64,000 nt of DNA, taken from Chthonomonas calidirosea (GTDB lineage Bacteria; Armatimonadota; Chthonomonadetes; Chthonomonadales; CAJBBX01). Below, piece by piece: positions 28,314-38,765 of the stretch. The stretch lies in the NCBI GenBank assembly GCA_020722705.1, contig DYKI01000002.1, forward strand, positions 41,968 through 105,967, in the 5' to 3' direction. The position numbers and the translations under genes are program-made. Positions within the stretch are counted from its first letter, which is position 1. Every line of letters begins with the position of its first letter. The notes beneath the pieces were generated by a model that ran no database searches, was not told where the DNA came from, and saw only the letters and a list, made by a program, of their open reading frames with translations.

Positions 28314-29678
28314 ATGGGCGTGTCCACCGTTACCCCCGGACTGGAGCAGCGCGCGCAGTCACTCCTGGAGCGCGTCCATGCACTTACCGGAGATGATCCC
28401 GAGTGGATCCGCCTATTCCGCGACCGCTCGATGCTCAGGTTCAATGAAATGGGCCTGCCGGACAGCACAGACGAAGAGTGGCGCTTCACTCCAATCGGGC
28501 CGATTGCGGATACCGCGTTTGCATTGCCTGCCGGATCGAACAGCTCCGCCGAAGTGATTGCCGCCATAGCGTTCGCCGACGCCCCGTTCGCCCGACTCGT
28601 GTTCGTTGACGGCATCCTCTCGAGCGATCTCTCATCTTTGCGAGGGTTGCCGCGTGAAGTTGACATCTGCTCTCTGGGCGAAGCGGCGATCCGCCATGCG
28701 CGGCTCGTTGAGCCCTGGCTTGGAGCGGTCAGCACGGGCGGTCCGAGCCTTACGTCCCTGAATGCCGCACTGTTCACCGACGGCGCTTTCATCAACGTTC
28801 CCGCCGGCGTGGTCGTCGAGACGCCGGTTCACCTGGCGTTCCTGACGACCCGTGGCGATCAGGCTTTCATGACATCCCCTCGGGCGCTCGTGCTGGTTGG
28901 GGAAAGCGGCAGCCTCTCGCTGCTGGAGACCTACCAGGGTGCTGGCGGCCTGCGGCACCTTACGAACAGCGTGACTGAAGCCGTCGTGGGCCGCAATGCC
29001 GAACTCGAGCACTACCGACTGCAGCTCGAGCCCGGCGACACATACCACATCGGTCGCACTGCTGTGCGGCTCGACCGGGACAGCCGCTACACGTCGCACG
29101 CCGTTTCCATCGGATCCTCACTATCCCGGCACGACCTGGGTGCCGTGCTGACAGGCGAGAACGCTCTATGCACGATGAACGGGCTCTACGTGGGTGTCGG
29201 CGACCAGATACACGACAGTCATACGGTCATTGATCACGCGACGCCCAACTGCGAGAGCCATGAGCTCTACAAGGGCATTCTCAACGACAGGTCTCGCGGT
29301 GTGTTCAACGGCAAGGTCCTCGTCCGGCCCGATGCGCAGAAAACCGATGCCAAGCAGACCAATCAGGCTCTGCTGTTGTCCGACGGAGCGCGCGTTGACA
29401 CCAAGCCGCAACTAGAGATCTTCGCCGACGACGTGCGGTGCACCCATGGAGCCACCGTCGGCCAACTCGATGCCGATTCGCTGTTCTATTTGCGTTCACG
29501 TGGCATCGCGGCCGGCGACGCGCGGAACGTGCTGATCCACGCGTTCGCCAGCGAGATCATTGATCGGATGAAGCTGCCCGCAGTAAGGCATCACCTGGAG
29601 GGTATCCTGCTCGCATCGCTGCCCAGTCCCTCGACGGTCTTCTGGGGCGCCGAGGACAGAGCGGAGCACAGCCGGTGA
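28314..29678 (+). CDS. sufD: Fe-S cluster assembly protein SufD
   Basis: 454 aa from ATG 28314, 1 nt after the sufC stop. C-terminal SufBD motif FADDVRCTHGATVGQLD. Confidence 0.9.
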   Translation: MGVSTVTPGLEQRAQSLLERVHALTGDDPEWIRLFRDRSMLRFNEMGLPDSTDEEWRFTPIGPIADTAFALPAGSNSSAEVIAAIAFADAPFARLVFVDGILSSDLSSLRGLPREVDICSLGEAAIRHARLVEPWLGAVSTGGPSLTSLNAALFTDGAFINVPAGVVVETPVHLAFLTTRGDQAFMTSPRALVLVGESGSLSLLETYQGAGGLRHLTNSVTEAVVGRNAELEHYRLQLEPGDTYHIGRTAVRLDRDSRYTSHAVSIGSSLSRHDLGAVLTGENALCTMNGLYVGVGDQIHDSHTVIDHATPNCESHELYKGILNDRSRGVFNGKVLVRPDAQKTDAKQTNQALLLSDGARVDTKPQLEIFADDVRCTHGATVGQLDADSLFYLRSRGIAAGDARNVLIHAFASEIIDRMKLPAVRHHLEGILLASLPSPSTVFWGAEDRAEHSR

Positions 29679-30928
29679 GCATGACGACGACCGAGTCCCC
29701 CATCGCCGAAGCCCTGGATGTCGAGGCCATCCGGCGCGACTTTCCCGTTCTGCACCAGGAGGTCCACGGTCGCCGGTTAGCATATCTCGACAATGCCGCA
29801 ACCACCCAGAAGCCGGTTGCCGTTCTCGATGCCCTGAGGCATTACTACAGCACTGACAACGCCAACATTCATCGCGGCGTACATACGCTGAGCCAGCGGG
29901 CGACCGAAGAGTACGAACGCGTTCGCGGCGAGGTGCGGGCCTTTATGAACGCCCGATATGACCACGAAATCGTCTACGTACGCGGCGCCACGGAGGCGAT
30001 CAATCTCGTGGCATCGTCCTACGGCGGCATGGTCCTCAAGCCCGGCGACGAGGTTGTCATCTCGGGCATGGAGCACCACTCCAATATCGTCCCCTGGCAG
30101 ATGGTCTGCGAGCGTACAGGCGCCCACCTGCGCGTGATTCCCATCACCGACGACGGGGAGCTCTGCGTGGATGCACTTGCGGACATGCTCTCCGAGCGGA
30201 CGAAGATCGTCGCTCTGGTGCATGTGTCGAACTCTCTGGGCACCATCAACCCGGTCCGCGAGGTCGTCAACATGGCTCACGAGGCAGGTGCGAAGGTTCT
30301 CATTGACGGCGCCCAGGCAGTGAGCCATATGCCGGTTGACGTCCAGGCGACCGGCTGCGATTTCTACGCGTTCTCGGGACATAAGGCCCTGGGTCCAACG
30401 GGTATCGGTGTCCTCTATGGCAAAGCCGAGCTGCTTGATCTCATGCCCCCCTATCAAGGCGGCGGAGACATGATCGAAACCGTAACCTTCGAGCGAGCCA
30501 CCTACAACAAGCTGCCGGCCAAGTTCGAGGCAGGCACACCGCACATCGCTGGGGCGATCGGTCTGGGAGCCGCGCTGCAGTACCTTAATGGAGTTGGGCT
30601 CGATCGGATTTCCGCCCACGAGGAGAATCTGCTGCGCTATGCTGTTGAGCGAATCGCGGAGGTGCCCGGTCTTCGCCTGGTCGGCACGGCACGTGAAAAG
30701 GCCGCTATTCTGTCGTTCGTGATGGACGTGGCCCATCCTCACGACATAGGGACCATTCTGGATCTTCAGGGCGTGGCCATCAGAACCGGCCACCACTGCA
30801 CGATGCCGCTAATGCAGAGGTACGGACTGGCGGCAACGGCGCGAGCGTCATTCGCGCTCTATAACAGCCGAGACGACGTGGATGCGCTGATCCATGGGCT
30901 CCACATCGTTCGGGAGGTGTTCCACTGA
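29675..30928 (+). CDS. sufS: Cysteine desulfurase SufS (group II)
   Basis: 417 aa. PLP-lysine SGHKALGPTGIG and active-site loop RTGHHC. 4-nt overlap with sufD. Confidence 0.95.
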   Translation: MSMTTTESPIAEALDVEAIRRDFPVLHQEVHGRRLAYLDNAATTQKPVAVLDALRHYYSTDNANIHRGVHTLSQRATEEYERVRGEVRAFMNARYDHEIVYVRGATEAINLVASSYGGMVLKPGDEVVISGMEHHSNIVPWQMVCERTGAHLRVIPITDDGELCVDALADMLSERTKIVALVHVSNSLGTINPVREVVNMAHEAGAKVLIDGAQAVSHMPVDVQATGCDFYAFSGHKALGPTGIGVLYGKAELLDLMPPYQGGGDMIETVTFERATYNKLPAKFEAGTPHIAGAIGLGAALQYLNGVGLDRISAHEENLLRYAVERIAEVPGLRLVGTAREKAAILSFVMDVAHPHDIGTILDLQGVAIRTGHHCTMPLMQRYGLAATARASFALYNSRDDVDALIHGLHIVREVFH

Positions 30929-31380
30929 TGTCAGACCTGAGTGAGCTGTACCAGGAGGTCATCCTTGACCACAACAAGAGGCCCAGGAACTTTCGCGTCC
31001 TCGACGCTGCAGCCCATCGAGCGGTCGGACATAATCCGCTCTGCGGGGACCAGATTACGGTCTTCGTCCAACTCGATGGCGACGTGATCCGCGACGTGAG
31101 CTTCCAGGGCGCCGGATGCGCGATCTCCAAAGCCTCTGCATCCATGATGACCGATGCGGTAAAGGGTAAGACCGTCGCCGAGGTCCAGGACCTCTTCCAC
31201 CAGTTTCATGCCATGGTCACCAGCACTCCCGACGCACTGCCCGATGTTGATCGGGTCGGCAAGTTGGCGGCGTTCGCCGGAGTCTGTGAGTTCCCGGCAC
31301 GCGTAAAGTGCGCAAGCCTTGCATGGCACACGCTGCAAGCCGCCCTTCACCAGGTCCCGGACCCCGTGACAACCGAATGA
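30928..31380 (+). CDS. sufU: SufU-type sulfur acceptor / Fe-S scaffold-like protein
   Basis: 150 aa. NPLCGD, GAGCAIS and KCASLAW Cys motifs. TGATG overlap with sufS. Confidence 0.9.
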   Translation: MSDLSELYQEVILDHNKRPRNFRVLDAAAHRAVGHNPLCGDQITVFVQLDGDVIRDVSFQGAGCAISKASASMMTDAVKGKTVAEVQDLFHQFHAMVTSTPDALPDVDRVGKLAAFAGVCEFPARVKCASLAWHTLQAALHQVPDPVTTE

Positions 31381-31721
31381 ACGACCGAGCCGCTGACGCC
31401 CCATCCCCGCTCAACAAGGTGCTCATCGAAGGTGACGTGATCGAGGCGCTGCGCACGATCTACGACCCCGAGATTCCCGTCAACATCTACGACATGGGCC
31501 TGATCTACGCCATTGACGTTTCAGACGACGGCGTCGTCAAGGTTGACATGACCTTGACGGCCCCCGGCTGTCCGGTGGCCGTCTCCTTGCCCATTGACGT
31601 CAAGGAACGCCTCCTGCACGTGCGTGGTGTCGCCGATGTCGTCGTGGAAGTGGTCTGGGATCCGCCGTGGACGCCCGACCGGATGAGCGAGGAGGCCAAG
31701 CTCGAGCTGGGTTGGCTGTAG
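31377..31721 (+). CDS. sufT: DUF59 Fe-S assembly protein SufT-like
   Basis: 114 aa from ATG 31377 (ATGA overlap with sufU). VIEALRTIYDPEIPVNIYDMGLIY and LTAPGCP motifs. Confidence 0.85.
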   Translation: MNDRAADAPSPLNKVLIEGDVIEALRTIYDPEIPVNIYDMGLIYAIDVSDDGVVKVDMTLTAPGCPVAVSLPIDVKERLLHVRGVADVVVEVVWDPPWTPDRMSEEAKLELGWL

Positions 31722-31750
31722 CGCCAGAGCCACATCTGCCGCTTTGGCGC
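31721..31750 (+). terminator. Possible terminator hairpin after sufT
   Basis: GCGCCAGAG-N12-CTTTGGCGC, a 9-bp stem with one G-U pair, starting at the sufT stop. No U-tract follows it. Confidence 0.3.
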
Positions 31751-31904
31751 TGCGCATGCGCATAGACGCCGGCCGGCGGATCGCCCGAACCGGTTTCCCG
31801 CAGTCGAAACGGCAGGTCATCTGCATCGTTGGGTGAGCCGATCCCCCGCTCCGTCCAGCTTCGCTATGGAGGACTCCCGTCGAACGCGGCGGAACATTGC
31901 AGGC

Positions 31905-34892
31905 ATGGACAACCCCACAAATCACCCCGGCCTAACGCGACGCGAGGCACTGCTCGCCGGAGCGATAACGCCCGTGATCGAAGCAGGCCGACTGCCGCCG
32001 TTGCCGGAGCCGACATACCCCGATGACGCCTTCTCGCGTCCGCTGGATGATCTGCGTCCTGCATTCCTGACACTCGACGGCGTCGGTCCGTTTCTGATGG
32101 TGGACGAGCGGGCCCGGCGCTTCGCCGATCAGGACCTGTCGTTGCTCGTTGATCAGGGGGTGCCGGTCACCCGTTGGCGGTTCCGATCGCTTGGTCTTGA
32201 CCACAATGTGCTGGTTATCCAGGAACGCATCCGACGCGCACCGGTTTCGATTTCGTTCAGGGTGGCGAACCGGTCAGATCTGCCGATCGAGATTGGCGTG
32301 GAAGTCCATGAGATGGGGTGGCTCCCCGTACCCGAGAACACCGCCACGTCCTGGACGCTCGGCAATCGGCAAGCAGTCCAACCGGGCCGGCAACAGATAC
32401 TCCGGTACATGATCGGTTCCGCTCAGGCCAAAGGTCGTGACCGGATCCGCTATCCCTTGGGAGCGGTAGCGCTCAAGCTCGAAGGCATCCGTCCGAACAC
32501 ACCGTACGAGGCGCTGCTGTCGGACCTAACCGTCCACTACGCCCCTGCGCCGGGAGCGGCTGTGGATTCGATCGGAGTCCATACGAACGGCAATGAGGTG
32601 CGGTTCGGTGTGAAGGGCCACGTTTCGCGAGACGCGTCTCCAGTGGACATTGAATGCCGTCGGCAGGACCGCGTTCTGTGGCGCGTCCGGCTTGCCGGCC
32701 ACGAGATCGCCGCACTTGCCAATGGCGCTTGCACCGTGTCGCGGACGGCGCCATGGTGGCTGCCGAACGCAACGTACTCCGTCGGCCTCGTTGTCGGCGG
32801 ACGCCGCGTGACCGGTTCGGAGGCGCGCCTCACTCTGTCGCGGAAGCTCCCACGCGCAGAGCTGCCTCGCACCGAGCGTCGCATGCACCGTGGCAGACCC
32901 GCTGTATTCATCGAGGGGAGACCTTTCAACTGGCGCGGGTACTCGTCGTACGAGTACGTCCCGGGAAGCGTGGCCGAGTTCGGCAGATCGAGTGCCGACA
33001 TGTTCTGCATCCCAACCTGCGCAGGGCGCCACATGTACCAGGTTGCCTCCCCGACGTGGCCGGTGCCCGGGCGAACTGACTACAGCGAACTTGATGAAAG
33101 GGTCTGCTTCTCCCTCCAGGCCAACCCCAAAGCGATGATCTCGCTGAGAGTCGCGCTCGCCATGCCTCCGTGGTGGCTCCAGCGCAACCTCGACGAGTTG
33201 GTCCGTGTGGACACCGACCAGGGACACCTCGTCTGGGAGGAGTTCACCCATGCTCGTGTGGCCTCTCTGGCTTCCGAGAAGTGGTTCACCGACCAAGCGC
33301 GTGCACTTCGCGACCTGATCGGCCATTGCAAGTCCCAGCCATGGGCGTCGCGGCTTGCCGCCATCTGGTTGATGGGCGAAACGACCGAGGAGTGGTTCGC
33401 CTGGGGATCGAACGACCGCTGCTATTCCGACTACTCGCGCCCCATGGCCACTGCATTTCGGGCAGCAACCGGCGAGCCGGCGATTCCAAGTCGTGAGCAA
33501 CGCACCGCCCCCGGATGGGACGTGTACCCAGACACGCCGGATGGGCGGCTTGCAGCTCGGTACCACGGCTTCCTCTCCAACCTGACCACACGGGTCGTCG
33601 GTCAGTTCGCCGAAGTGGTCAAGCGAGAGACCGACCGCAGGACGCTCGTATGCTGCTTCCTCGGCTATGTGATCCAGCTTGCAGGCGAGCCCCGGCAAGC
33701 GCTCAGCGGGCACTTCGGTCTCCGACAGGCGATTGACGATCCGAACGTAGACATGATCGCCGGCGTTCCTCTTCACGACTTCCGCGACCTCGCAGCGGGC
33801 TACAACCCCTATTGCTCGGCCACCGAGAGCATCCTCGCCTCCGGCAAGCTCGTCTGCGATGAGAACGACCTGTTCTCGTGGCTTCACAACTCGCTTTGGC
33901 ATCGCCCATATGACCCGGCAAACCCGAGGGGCGCCGCCATCTCGATGCACGCACGCGAATGTGCCAACGACGCTGTGCACGGCACCATTCAGCAGAAGTT
34001 CTCACTTGCAGCCAGTTGGCACCATGATGCCGAGCTTCATCGTGCGTTCGCCCAACAGGCTCGGGTCTATCGCGACGCGATGGATGCCGATCGAAGCGGG
34101 ACCGAAGAGATCGCCTTCGTCGTTGACGATACGAGCTTCGCCTGGACGCCCCCGGAGAGCTCGCTCCTCGCCATCACCAACAAGCATGTCCTTCGCGACC
34201 TCGGCCGCACCGGAGCACCGGTAGGCGTCTGGCTCCTCTCCGACATCCACCGCCTGCCGCCGCGCATTCGCTTCGTGGTCGTTGCCTGCTCCTATGCAGC
34301 CGCCGGACCGGACATCTTGAAGCTCGGCCACGCAATATCGGAAGGTCGAAGGACATTTTGGGTCATCGGTGCGCCAGGCATGGTGGATGTCGAGGCGCAT
34401 GCATGGTCGCCGGATCGGCCTGCAAAACTGCTGGAGATGCCGGTAAGCATTCGCACCGCCGAGGCAACCGGCGCCGTCGTGCTCACGGACTCGGGGCGTG
34501 GACTGCCGAGCGTTGCGCGCGTACGCCCGAGGATCGAAGCCAACGCCGCGGGATGGCTGCGCTACGTTGATGGGCCGTGCGCTGGATTGGAGCGGCCGCT
34601 GCCACGTGGCGGGCGGCTCATCTGGTCCGGCGTTCCGGTCGTCAGCGTCGAGCTGTTCCGCTCATGGATCGAGCGCGCCGGGATTCACTGCTACGCACCC
34701 GCCGGCTGCTTCGTACACGCATCGCGCGACCTCGTGGCGATCACGGCACCGGCCGATGGCACCTACACGATCACCTGGCCTCGACGCGTGGGGGCTCAGG
34801 ACATGCTTGATGGGTGGCGAAGCGATGGGCAGGCATTCGCGTGCCCGTTCCACACCGGCCAGACGCGGCTGTTTCGTCTGGCACGTCGCTGA
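31905..34892 (+). CDS. Large exported hypothetical protein with a twin-arginine signal (glycoside-hydrolase-like; family not recognised)
   Basis: ORF 31833-34892. Tat-like motif GLTRREALLAGA near the N-terminus. The start is ambiguous (GTG 31833, ATG 31866 or ATG 31905). I could see no definite catalytic motif. Confidence 0.5.
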   Translation: MDNPTNHPGLTRREALLAGAITPVIEAGRLPPLPEPTYPDDAFSRPLDDLRPAFLTLDGVGPFLMVDERARRFADQDLSLLVDQGVPVTRWRFRSLGLDHNVLVIQERIRRAPVSISFRVANRSDLPIEIGVEVHEMGWLPVPENTATSWTLGNRQAVQPGRQQILRYMIGSAQAKGRDRIRYPLGAVALKLEGIRPNTPYEALLSDLTVHYAPAPGAAVDSIGVHTNGNEVRFGVKGHVSRDASPVDIECRRQDRVLWRVRLAGHEIAALANGACTVSRTAPWWLPNATYSVGLVVGGRRVTGSEARLTLSRKLPRAELPRTERRMHRGRPAVFIEGRPFNWRGYSSYEYVPGSVAEFGRSSADMFCIPTCAGRHMYQVASPTWPVPGRTDYSELDERVCFSLQANPKAMISLRVALAMPPWWLQRNLDELVRVDTDQGHLVWEEFTHARVASLASEKWFTDQARALRDLIGHCKSQPWASRLAAIWLMGETTEEWFAWGSNDRCYSDYSRPMATAFRAATGEPAIPSREQRTAPGWDVYPDTPDGRLAARYHGFLSNLTTRVVGQFAEVVKRETDRRTLVCCFLGYVIQLAGEPRQALSGHFGLRQAIDDPNVDMIAGVPLHDFRDLAAGYNPYCSATESILASGKLVCDENDLFSWLHNSLWHRPYDPANPRGAAISMHARECANDAVHGTIQQKFSLAASWHHDAELHRAFAQQARVYRDAMDADRSGTEEIAFVVDDTSFAWTPPESSLLAITNKHVLRDLGRTGAPVGVWLLSDIHRLPPRIRFVVVACSYAAAGPDILKLGHAISEGRRTFWVIGAPGMVDVEAHAWSPDRPAKLLEMPVSIRTAEATGAVVLTDSGRGLPSVARVRPRIEANAAGWLRYVDGPCAGLERPLPRGGRLIWSGVPVVSVELFRSWIERAGIHCYAPAGCFVHASRDLVAITAPADGTYTITWPRRVGAQDMLDGWRSDGQAFACPFHTGQTRLFRLARR

Positions 34893-34944
34893 GGAGAGCG
34901 GCACCCATGATCCATCGCGGCCATAGCCGTGCTTGCCCGTCCGC

Positions 34945-34973
34945 TTGACTTGGAGCCGTGCGTTGACCATAAT
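34945..34973 (+). promoter_or_regulatory. Candidate sigma70 promoter (TTGACT-N17-CATAAT) upstream of rpoZ
   Basis: Hexamers and the 17-nt spacer read directly. This implies a leader of about 110 nt before ATG 35090. Confidence 0.5.
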
Positions 34974-35089
34974 GAGTTACGGTCCGTCCGCGGACCAAGA
35001 GTTGTTTGCGCCTGCCGCATGAAGCCCGGAGCCATGCCATTCTGCAGCGACCGGCGATCACAGGAATGGGCGCGAGGAGAGCCGCTCGC

Positions 35090-35659
35090 ATGATATATCC
35101 GTCACCCGACAAACTGGATCGGTCCGCCAGCAAGTATGCCCTTGTGATCGTCGCAGCCAAGCGCGCAAAACAGATCAAGGACGGGGCTCCCAAGCATGTC
35201 AACAGCACCTCCGCGAACCCGCTGACGGTCGCGCTTGAGGAGCTGGCGGAAGGCGCCGTCATTCCATTGCAGGTGGGTGGCCCCGAGCGGCTCCCCGATA
35301 CGGTCGCTCAGGGCGCGGTGCTGCAGGGGTTGGTGGCCAGCGCCACCCTCAGAGGCTTAGGTGATGACCCGATGGCCGTCAAGGCAGCGATCCTTGGCAC
35401 CGACGATCCTGACATTCTCAGTGAAGAAGACCTCGATCTCTCCGAGGAGGACGACGAGGATGAGACAGCCGACGCCGATGAGACCGGCGATGTTGCCGCC
35501 GCAGTCGGGCTGATTGACGTTGGCGGCCATGATACGGACGACGAGACCGTAACCGATGAGGACGAGGACGTCGTCATCCGCGACGACGATACTGAGGTTT
35601 CGCTTGAGGAAATGGCCGACGCAGAGCAGAGCGCCGAGTCCGATGAGATCGAGGAGTGA
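35090..35659 (+). CDS. rpoZ: DNA-directed RNA polymerase subunit omega with a long acidic C-terminal extension
   Basis: Omega core SKYALVIVAAKRAKQI...NPLTVALEELAEG in the first roughly 75 aa, followed by a roughly 110-aa tail in which the last ~85 residues are strongly D/E-rich. The track ORF from 35006 is longer. Confidence 0.8.
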   Translation: MIYPSPDKLDRSASKYALVIVAAKRAKQIKDGAPKHVNSTSANPLTVALEELAEGAVIPLQVGGPERLPDTVAQGAVLQGLVASATLRGLGDDPMAVKAAILGTDDPDILSEEDLDLSEEDDEDETADADETGDVAAAVGLIDVGGHDTDDETVTDEDEDVVIRDDDTEVSLEEMADAEQSAESDEIEE

Positions 35660-35705
35660 TCGGCATACGGATGCCGACGGCCGCGCCTGACAAAGGGTGC
35701 ATCCA

Positions 35706-37523
35706 ATGGGCCGGGTAGTCGGCATTGACCTCGGGACAACCAACTCCGTCGTAGCCGTCATGGAGGGCGGCGAGCCCGTCGTCATACCTCTTTCTGACGG
35801 CAGCCGCCTCTTGCCGTCTGTCGTCGGCTTCAGCAAGACCGGCGAGCGCCTCGTTGGGCATTTGGCCAAGAGACAGATGGTCTCGAACCCTGAGCGCACC
35901 GTCGCCAGCATCAAGCGTCAGATGGGCAAGGATTACAAGGTCGCCATCGGCGACAAGGCGTTCACGCCGCAGGAGATCTCGGCGATGATCCTCCAGAGAC
36001 TCCGCGACGACGCCGAGGCCTACCTGGGTGACAAGGTGACCGACGCAGTGATCACTGTCCCGGCCTACTTTACCGACCACCAACGCCAGGCAACGAAGGA
36101 CGCAGGCGCAATCGCCGGGCTGAACGTGCTTCGGATCATCAACGAGCCAACCGCAGCGTCCCTTGCCTACGGCATGAACCGAGAGGAAGTCCATACCGTG
36201 CTTGTATGGGACCTCGGCGGCGGCACATTTGATGTCTCGATCCTCGAGCTGGATGGCGGCGTCTACGAGGTAAAGGCCACCAACGGCGACACCAACCTCG
36301 GCGGCGACGACTGGGATGCGGCCATCGTGGACTGGCTGGCCGAGAAGTTCAAGAGCGACAACGGCGTTGACCTTCGTAAGGATCGGATGGCCATGCAGCG
36401 CCTCCGTGAGGCAGCCGAGAAGCTGAAGGTGGAGCTTTCCACTGTCGTATCGAGCACCGCCAATCTGCCATTCCTTTCGTCCGGGCCCGACGGTCCCCTG
36501 CACCTCGAGGTTACCATGACGAGGGCGCAAATGGAGTCCCTGACTCATGACCTGCTCGATCGTATGCTCCCACCAACCAGACAGGCTCTGTCCGATGCCA
36601 AGCTCGAGCCGGAAGCCATCAACCGCATCCTTCTCGTTGGCGGGATGACCCGCATGCCTGCCGTTCAGACCCTTGTACAGACCTTCTTCGGGCAAGAGCC
36701 GTTCCGAGGCATGAACCCCGACGAGGTCGTCGCCATTGGGGCCGCCATCCAGGCCGGTGTGCTGTCGGGCGAGGTCAAGGACATCTTGCTCCTCGATGTC
36801 ACGCCCCTGTCACTCGGCATTGAGACCCTTGGCGGAGTGATGACCCGGCTCATCGAGCGGAACACAACCATTCCGACGAGCCGAACCGAGGTTTTCACCA
36901 CGGCTGCGGACAACCAGAAGACCGTTGAAATCAGGGTATTTCAGGGCGAGCGGGACCTGGTGCAGTTCAACAAGCCGCTTGGCACCTTCCAACTGACCGG
37001 CATCCAGCCGGGACCACGCGGCGGCCCCAAGATTGATGTGACGTTCGACATAGACGTGAACGGCATTGTCGAGGTCTCGGCCAAGGACAGAGCAACGGGT
37101 AAGGCACAGAGCATCACGATCACCGGCGCCGGCGCCCTGCCCAAAGAGGACATCGCCCGCATGATCGCCGAAGCCGCGGCCAATCGCGAGGACGATGAGC
37201 GGCGTCGAGCAATCATGGAGGCGCGCAACAGGGCGGAGGCGACCAGGGATCGGGCCGAGCGTATCCTGCGCAGCGCGGTCTCCTTTGAGGGCGCCGAACG
37301 GGAGCGCGTTCTTGGCGCACTGGAGACGCTCAGGCTCAATCTCGCGTCCGAGGCGGCGGACGAGATCCGCCGACTTACCGACAGCCTCGCCGCAGCGACA
37401 CGTGAGCTGGAGATCGCCCTGGCCGCCGGCGGTCAGACCGCCGACAGGGCGGATACCGCTCCGAGTGCGACGCCGCACGAGGCCGAATCGTATACGGACT
37501 CGCAGAACGATGAGAATGACTGA
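35706..37523 (+). CDS. dnaK: Molecular chaperone DnaK (Hsp70)
   Basis: [22 protein letters not shown] and [11 protein letters not shown] motifs. ATG 35706 has an AAGGG 8 nt upstream. The track ORF starts at GTG 35697. Confidence 0.95.
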   Translation: MGRVVGIDLGTTNSVVAVMEGGEPVVIPLSDGSRLLPSVVGFSKTGERLVGHLAKRQMVSNPERTVASIKRQMGKDYKVAIGDKAFTPQEISAMILQRLRDDAEAYLGDKVTDAVITVPAYFTDHQRQATKDAGAIAGLNVLRIINEPTAASLAYGMNREEVHTVLVWDLGGGTFDVSILELDGGVYEVKATNGDTNLGGDDWDAAIVDWLAEKFKSDNGVDLRKDRMAMQRLREAAEKLKVELSTVVSSTANLPFLSSGPDGPLHLEVTMTRAQMESLTHDLLDRMLPPTRQALSDAKLEPEAINRILLVGGMTRMPAVQTLVQTFFGQEPFRGMNPDEVVAIGAAIQAGVLSGEVKDILLLDVTPLSLGIETLGGVMTRLIERNTTIPTSRTEVFTTAADNQKTVEIRVFQGERDLVQFNKPLGTFQLTGIQPGPRGGPKIDVTFDIDVNGIVEVSAKDRATGKAQSITITGAGALPKEDIARMIAEAAANREDDERRRAIMEARNRAEATRDRAERILRSAVSFEGAERERVLGALETLRLNLASEAADEIRRLTDSLAAATRELEIALAAGGQTADRADTAPSATPHEAESYTDSQNDEND

Positions 37524-38631
37524 GAAACGCGATTACTACGAAGTTCTGGGGCTCTCGCGCAACGCGACCCAGGAGGATATCAAGCGGTCGTTCAGAACGC
37601 TCGCTCGTCGGTACCACCCCGACGTCAACAAAGAGAGCGACGCCGAGGCCAAGTTCAAAGAGATCAACGAGGCCTACGAAGTCCTCAGCGATGTGGAGAA
37701 GCGGCAAACGTACGATCGGTTTGGCCACGAGGGTCTCAATGGCTCGGGTGCCGGCAGCGCGGGCTTCGGCTTCACCGGGTTCGGCGACATCTTCGACGCA
37801 TTCTTCGGTACGTCTCAGAGACCGCACCAGGCCGCCTCGGCTTCGATGCGCGGCGATGACCTGCGCCAGGATATCGAGATCACCCTCGAAGAAGCCGCTC
37901 AGGGCGTCACGAAAGTCATCCGGTATACCCACCTGGAGACATGCGATCTCTGCGACGGATCCGGCGCACAGCCAGGCACGCATACCGAAATATGCTCTGC
38001 CTGCCGGGGCACCGGCTATGTGCGACACACGCAGAATACGCTCCTGGGTACGTTCCAGACCACTGCTCCATGTGGCCGATGCCGCGGCGAGGGTCGCATC
38101 ATCACAACGCCCTGCGCTCAATGCGCCGGCAACGGCCGCCTTCGCAAGACCCGGGAGCGCAGCCTCAAGATCCCCGCAGGCGTGGACACCGGATCGCGCA
38201 TCAGGCTGAGCGGCGAAGGCGATGCTGGTCTGCGCGGCGGGCCGCCCGGGGACCTCTACGTCGTCCTGCGCGTCCAACCGCACGACGTGTTCGAACGGCG
38301 AGATCGTGACCTGTACTGCGAAGTGCCCGTGTCCTTCTGCCTGGCAACCCTCGGCGGGCAGATTGAGGTCCCCATTATCGGCGGCACAGACAAGCTGAGC
38401 ATCCCCGAAGGAACACAGACGGGCACCTCCTTCGTTCTTAAGGGCAAAGGCATGCCCGACCTGAACGGATACGGACGGGGCAATCAGTATGTCGTGCTTC
38501 GGGTCGAAGTGCCCAGGAAACTGACAGCCGAACAGCGTCAGGCGCTGCGGCAGTTCGCGGCAACGATGGGCGAAGAGCCGGCGGAGGACGGCAAGGGCTT
38601 CTTCGCGCGTCTGTTCGGCGGAGACCGCTGA
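37516..38631 (+). CDS. dnaJ: Molecular chaperone DnaJ
   Basis: J domain DYYEVLGL...YHPD, a G/F region and four CxxCxGxG repeats. Its start overlaps the end of dnaK (ATG 37516, or 37510). Confidence 0.95.
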   Translation: MTEKRDYYEVLGLSRNATQEDIKRSFRTLARRYHPDVNKESDAEAKFKEINEAYEVLSDVEKRQTYDRFGHEGLNGSGAGSAGFGFTGFGDIFDAFFGTSQRPHQAASASMRGDDLRQDIEITLEEAAQGVTKVIRYTHLETCDLCDGSGAQPGTHTEICSACRGTGYVRHTQNTLLGTFQTTAPCGRCRGEGRIITTPCAQCAGNGRLRKTRERSLKIPAGVDTGSRIRLSGEGDAGLRGGPPGDLYVVLRVQPHDVFERRDRDLYCEVPVSFCLATLGGQIEVPIIGGTDKLSIPEGTQTGTSFVLKGKGMPDLNGYGRGNQYVVLRVEVPRKLTAEQRQALRQFAATMGEEPAEDGKGFFARLFGGDR

Positions 38632-38765
38632 TAGACAGCACGCGCGGGGCCCACACGCCCCCTCCCCCTTGCCCCAACCCGCCGGAGGCGGCAGGGGTAA
38701 CGACCTGGGCCGAGATCACCGTCTCCGTCTCTCCCGAGGCTTCAGAGGCAGTTGCCGAGGCTCTG

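Noticed and set aside
31751-31762. A perfect 12-bp palindrome TGCGCATGCGCA after the suf operon.
   Set aside because: It is short and GC-rich, and is composed of overlapping restriction-site-like palindromes. It has no partner site and no adjacent regulator that would use it, so the evidence is insufficient.
35660-35705. A heat-shock operator (CIRCE, TTAGCACTC-N9-GAGTGCTAA, or HAIR) upstream of dnaK.
   Set aside because: No match was seen. Only a short 6-bp hairpin (CGGCAT-N4-ATGCCG, 35661-35676) follows the rpoZ stop. hrcA and grpE are also absent from this locus.
35574-36695. A 373-aa ORF antisense to dnaK. Similar long antisense ORFs occur elsewhere, e.g. 6398-7993 opposite hisD, 42822-44261 opposite glnE, 32526-33980, 46651-47838, 22140-23216, 29777-30796 and 26627-27688.
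   Set aside because: Each lies entirely inside a confidently identified gene on the other strand. The translated sequences are Arg/Gly/Pro/Ala-rich with no recognisable motifs. Stop-codon-poor antisense frames are expected in GC-rich DNA, and the dnaK antisense frame is a well-known example. There are no RBS or start signals.
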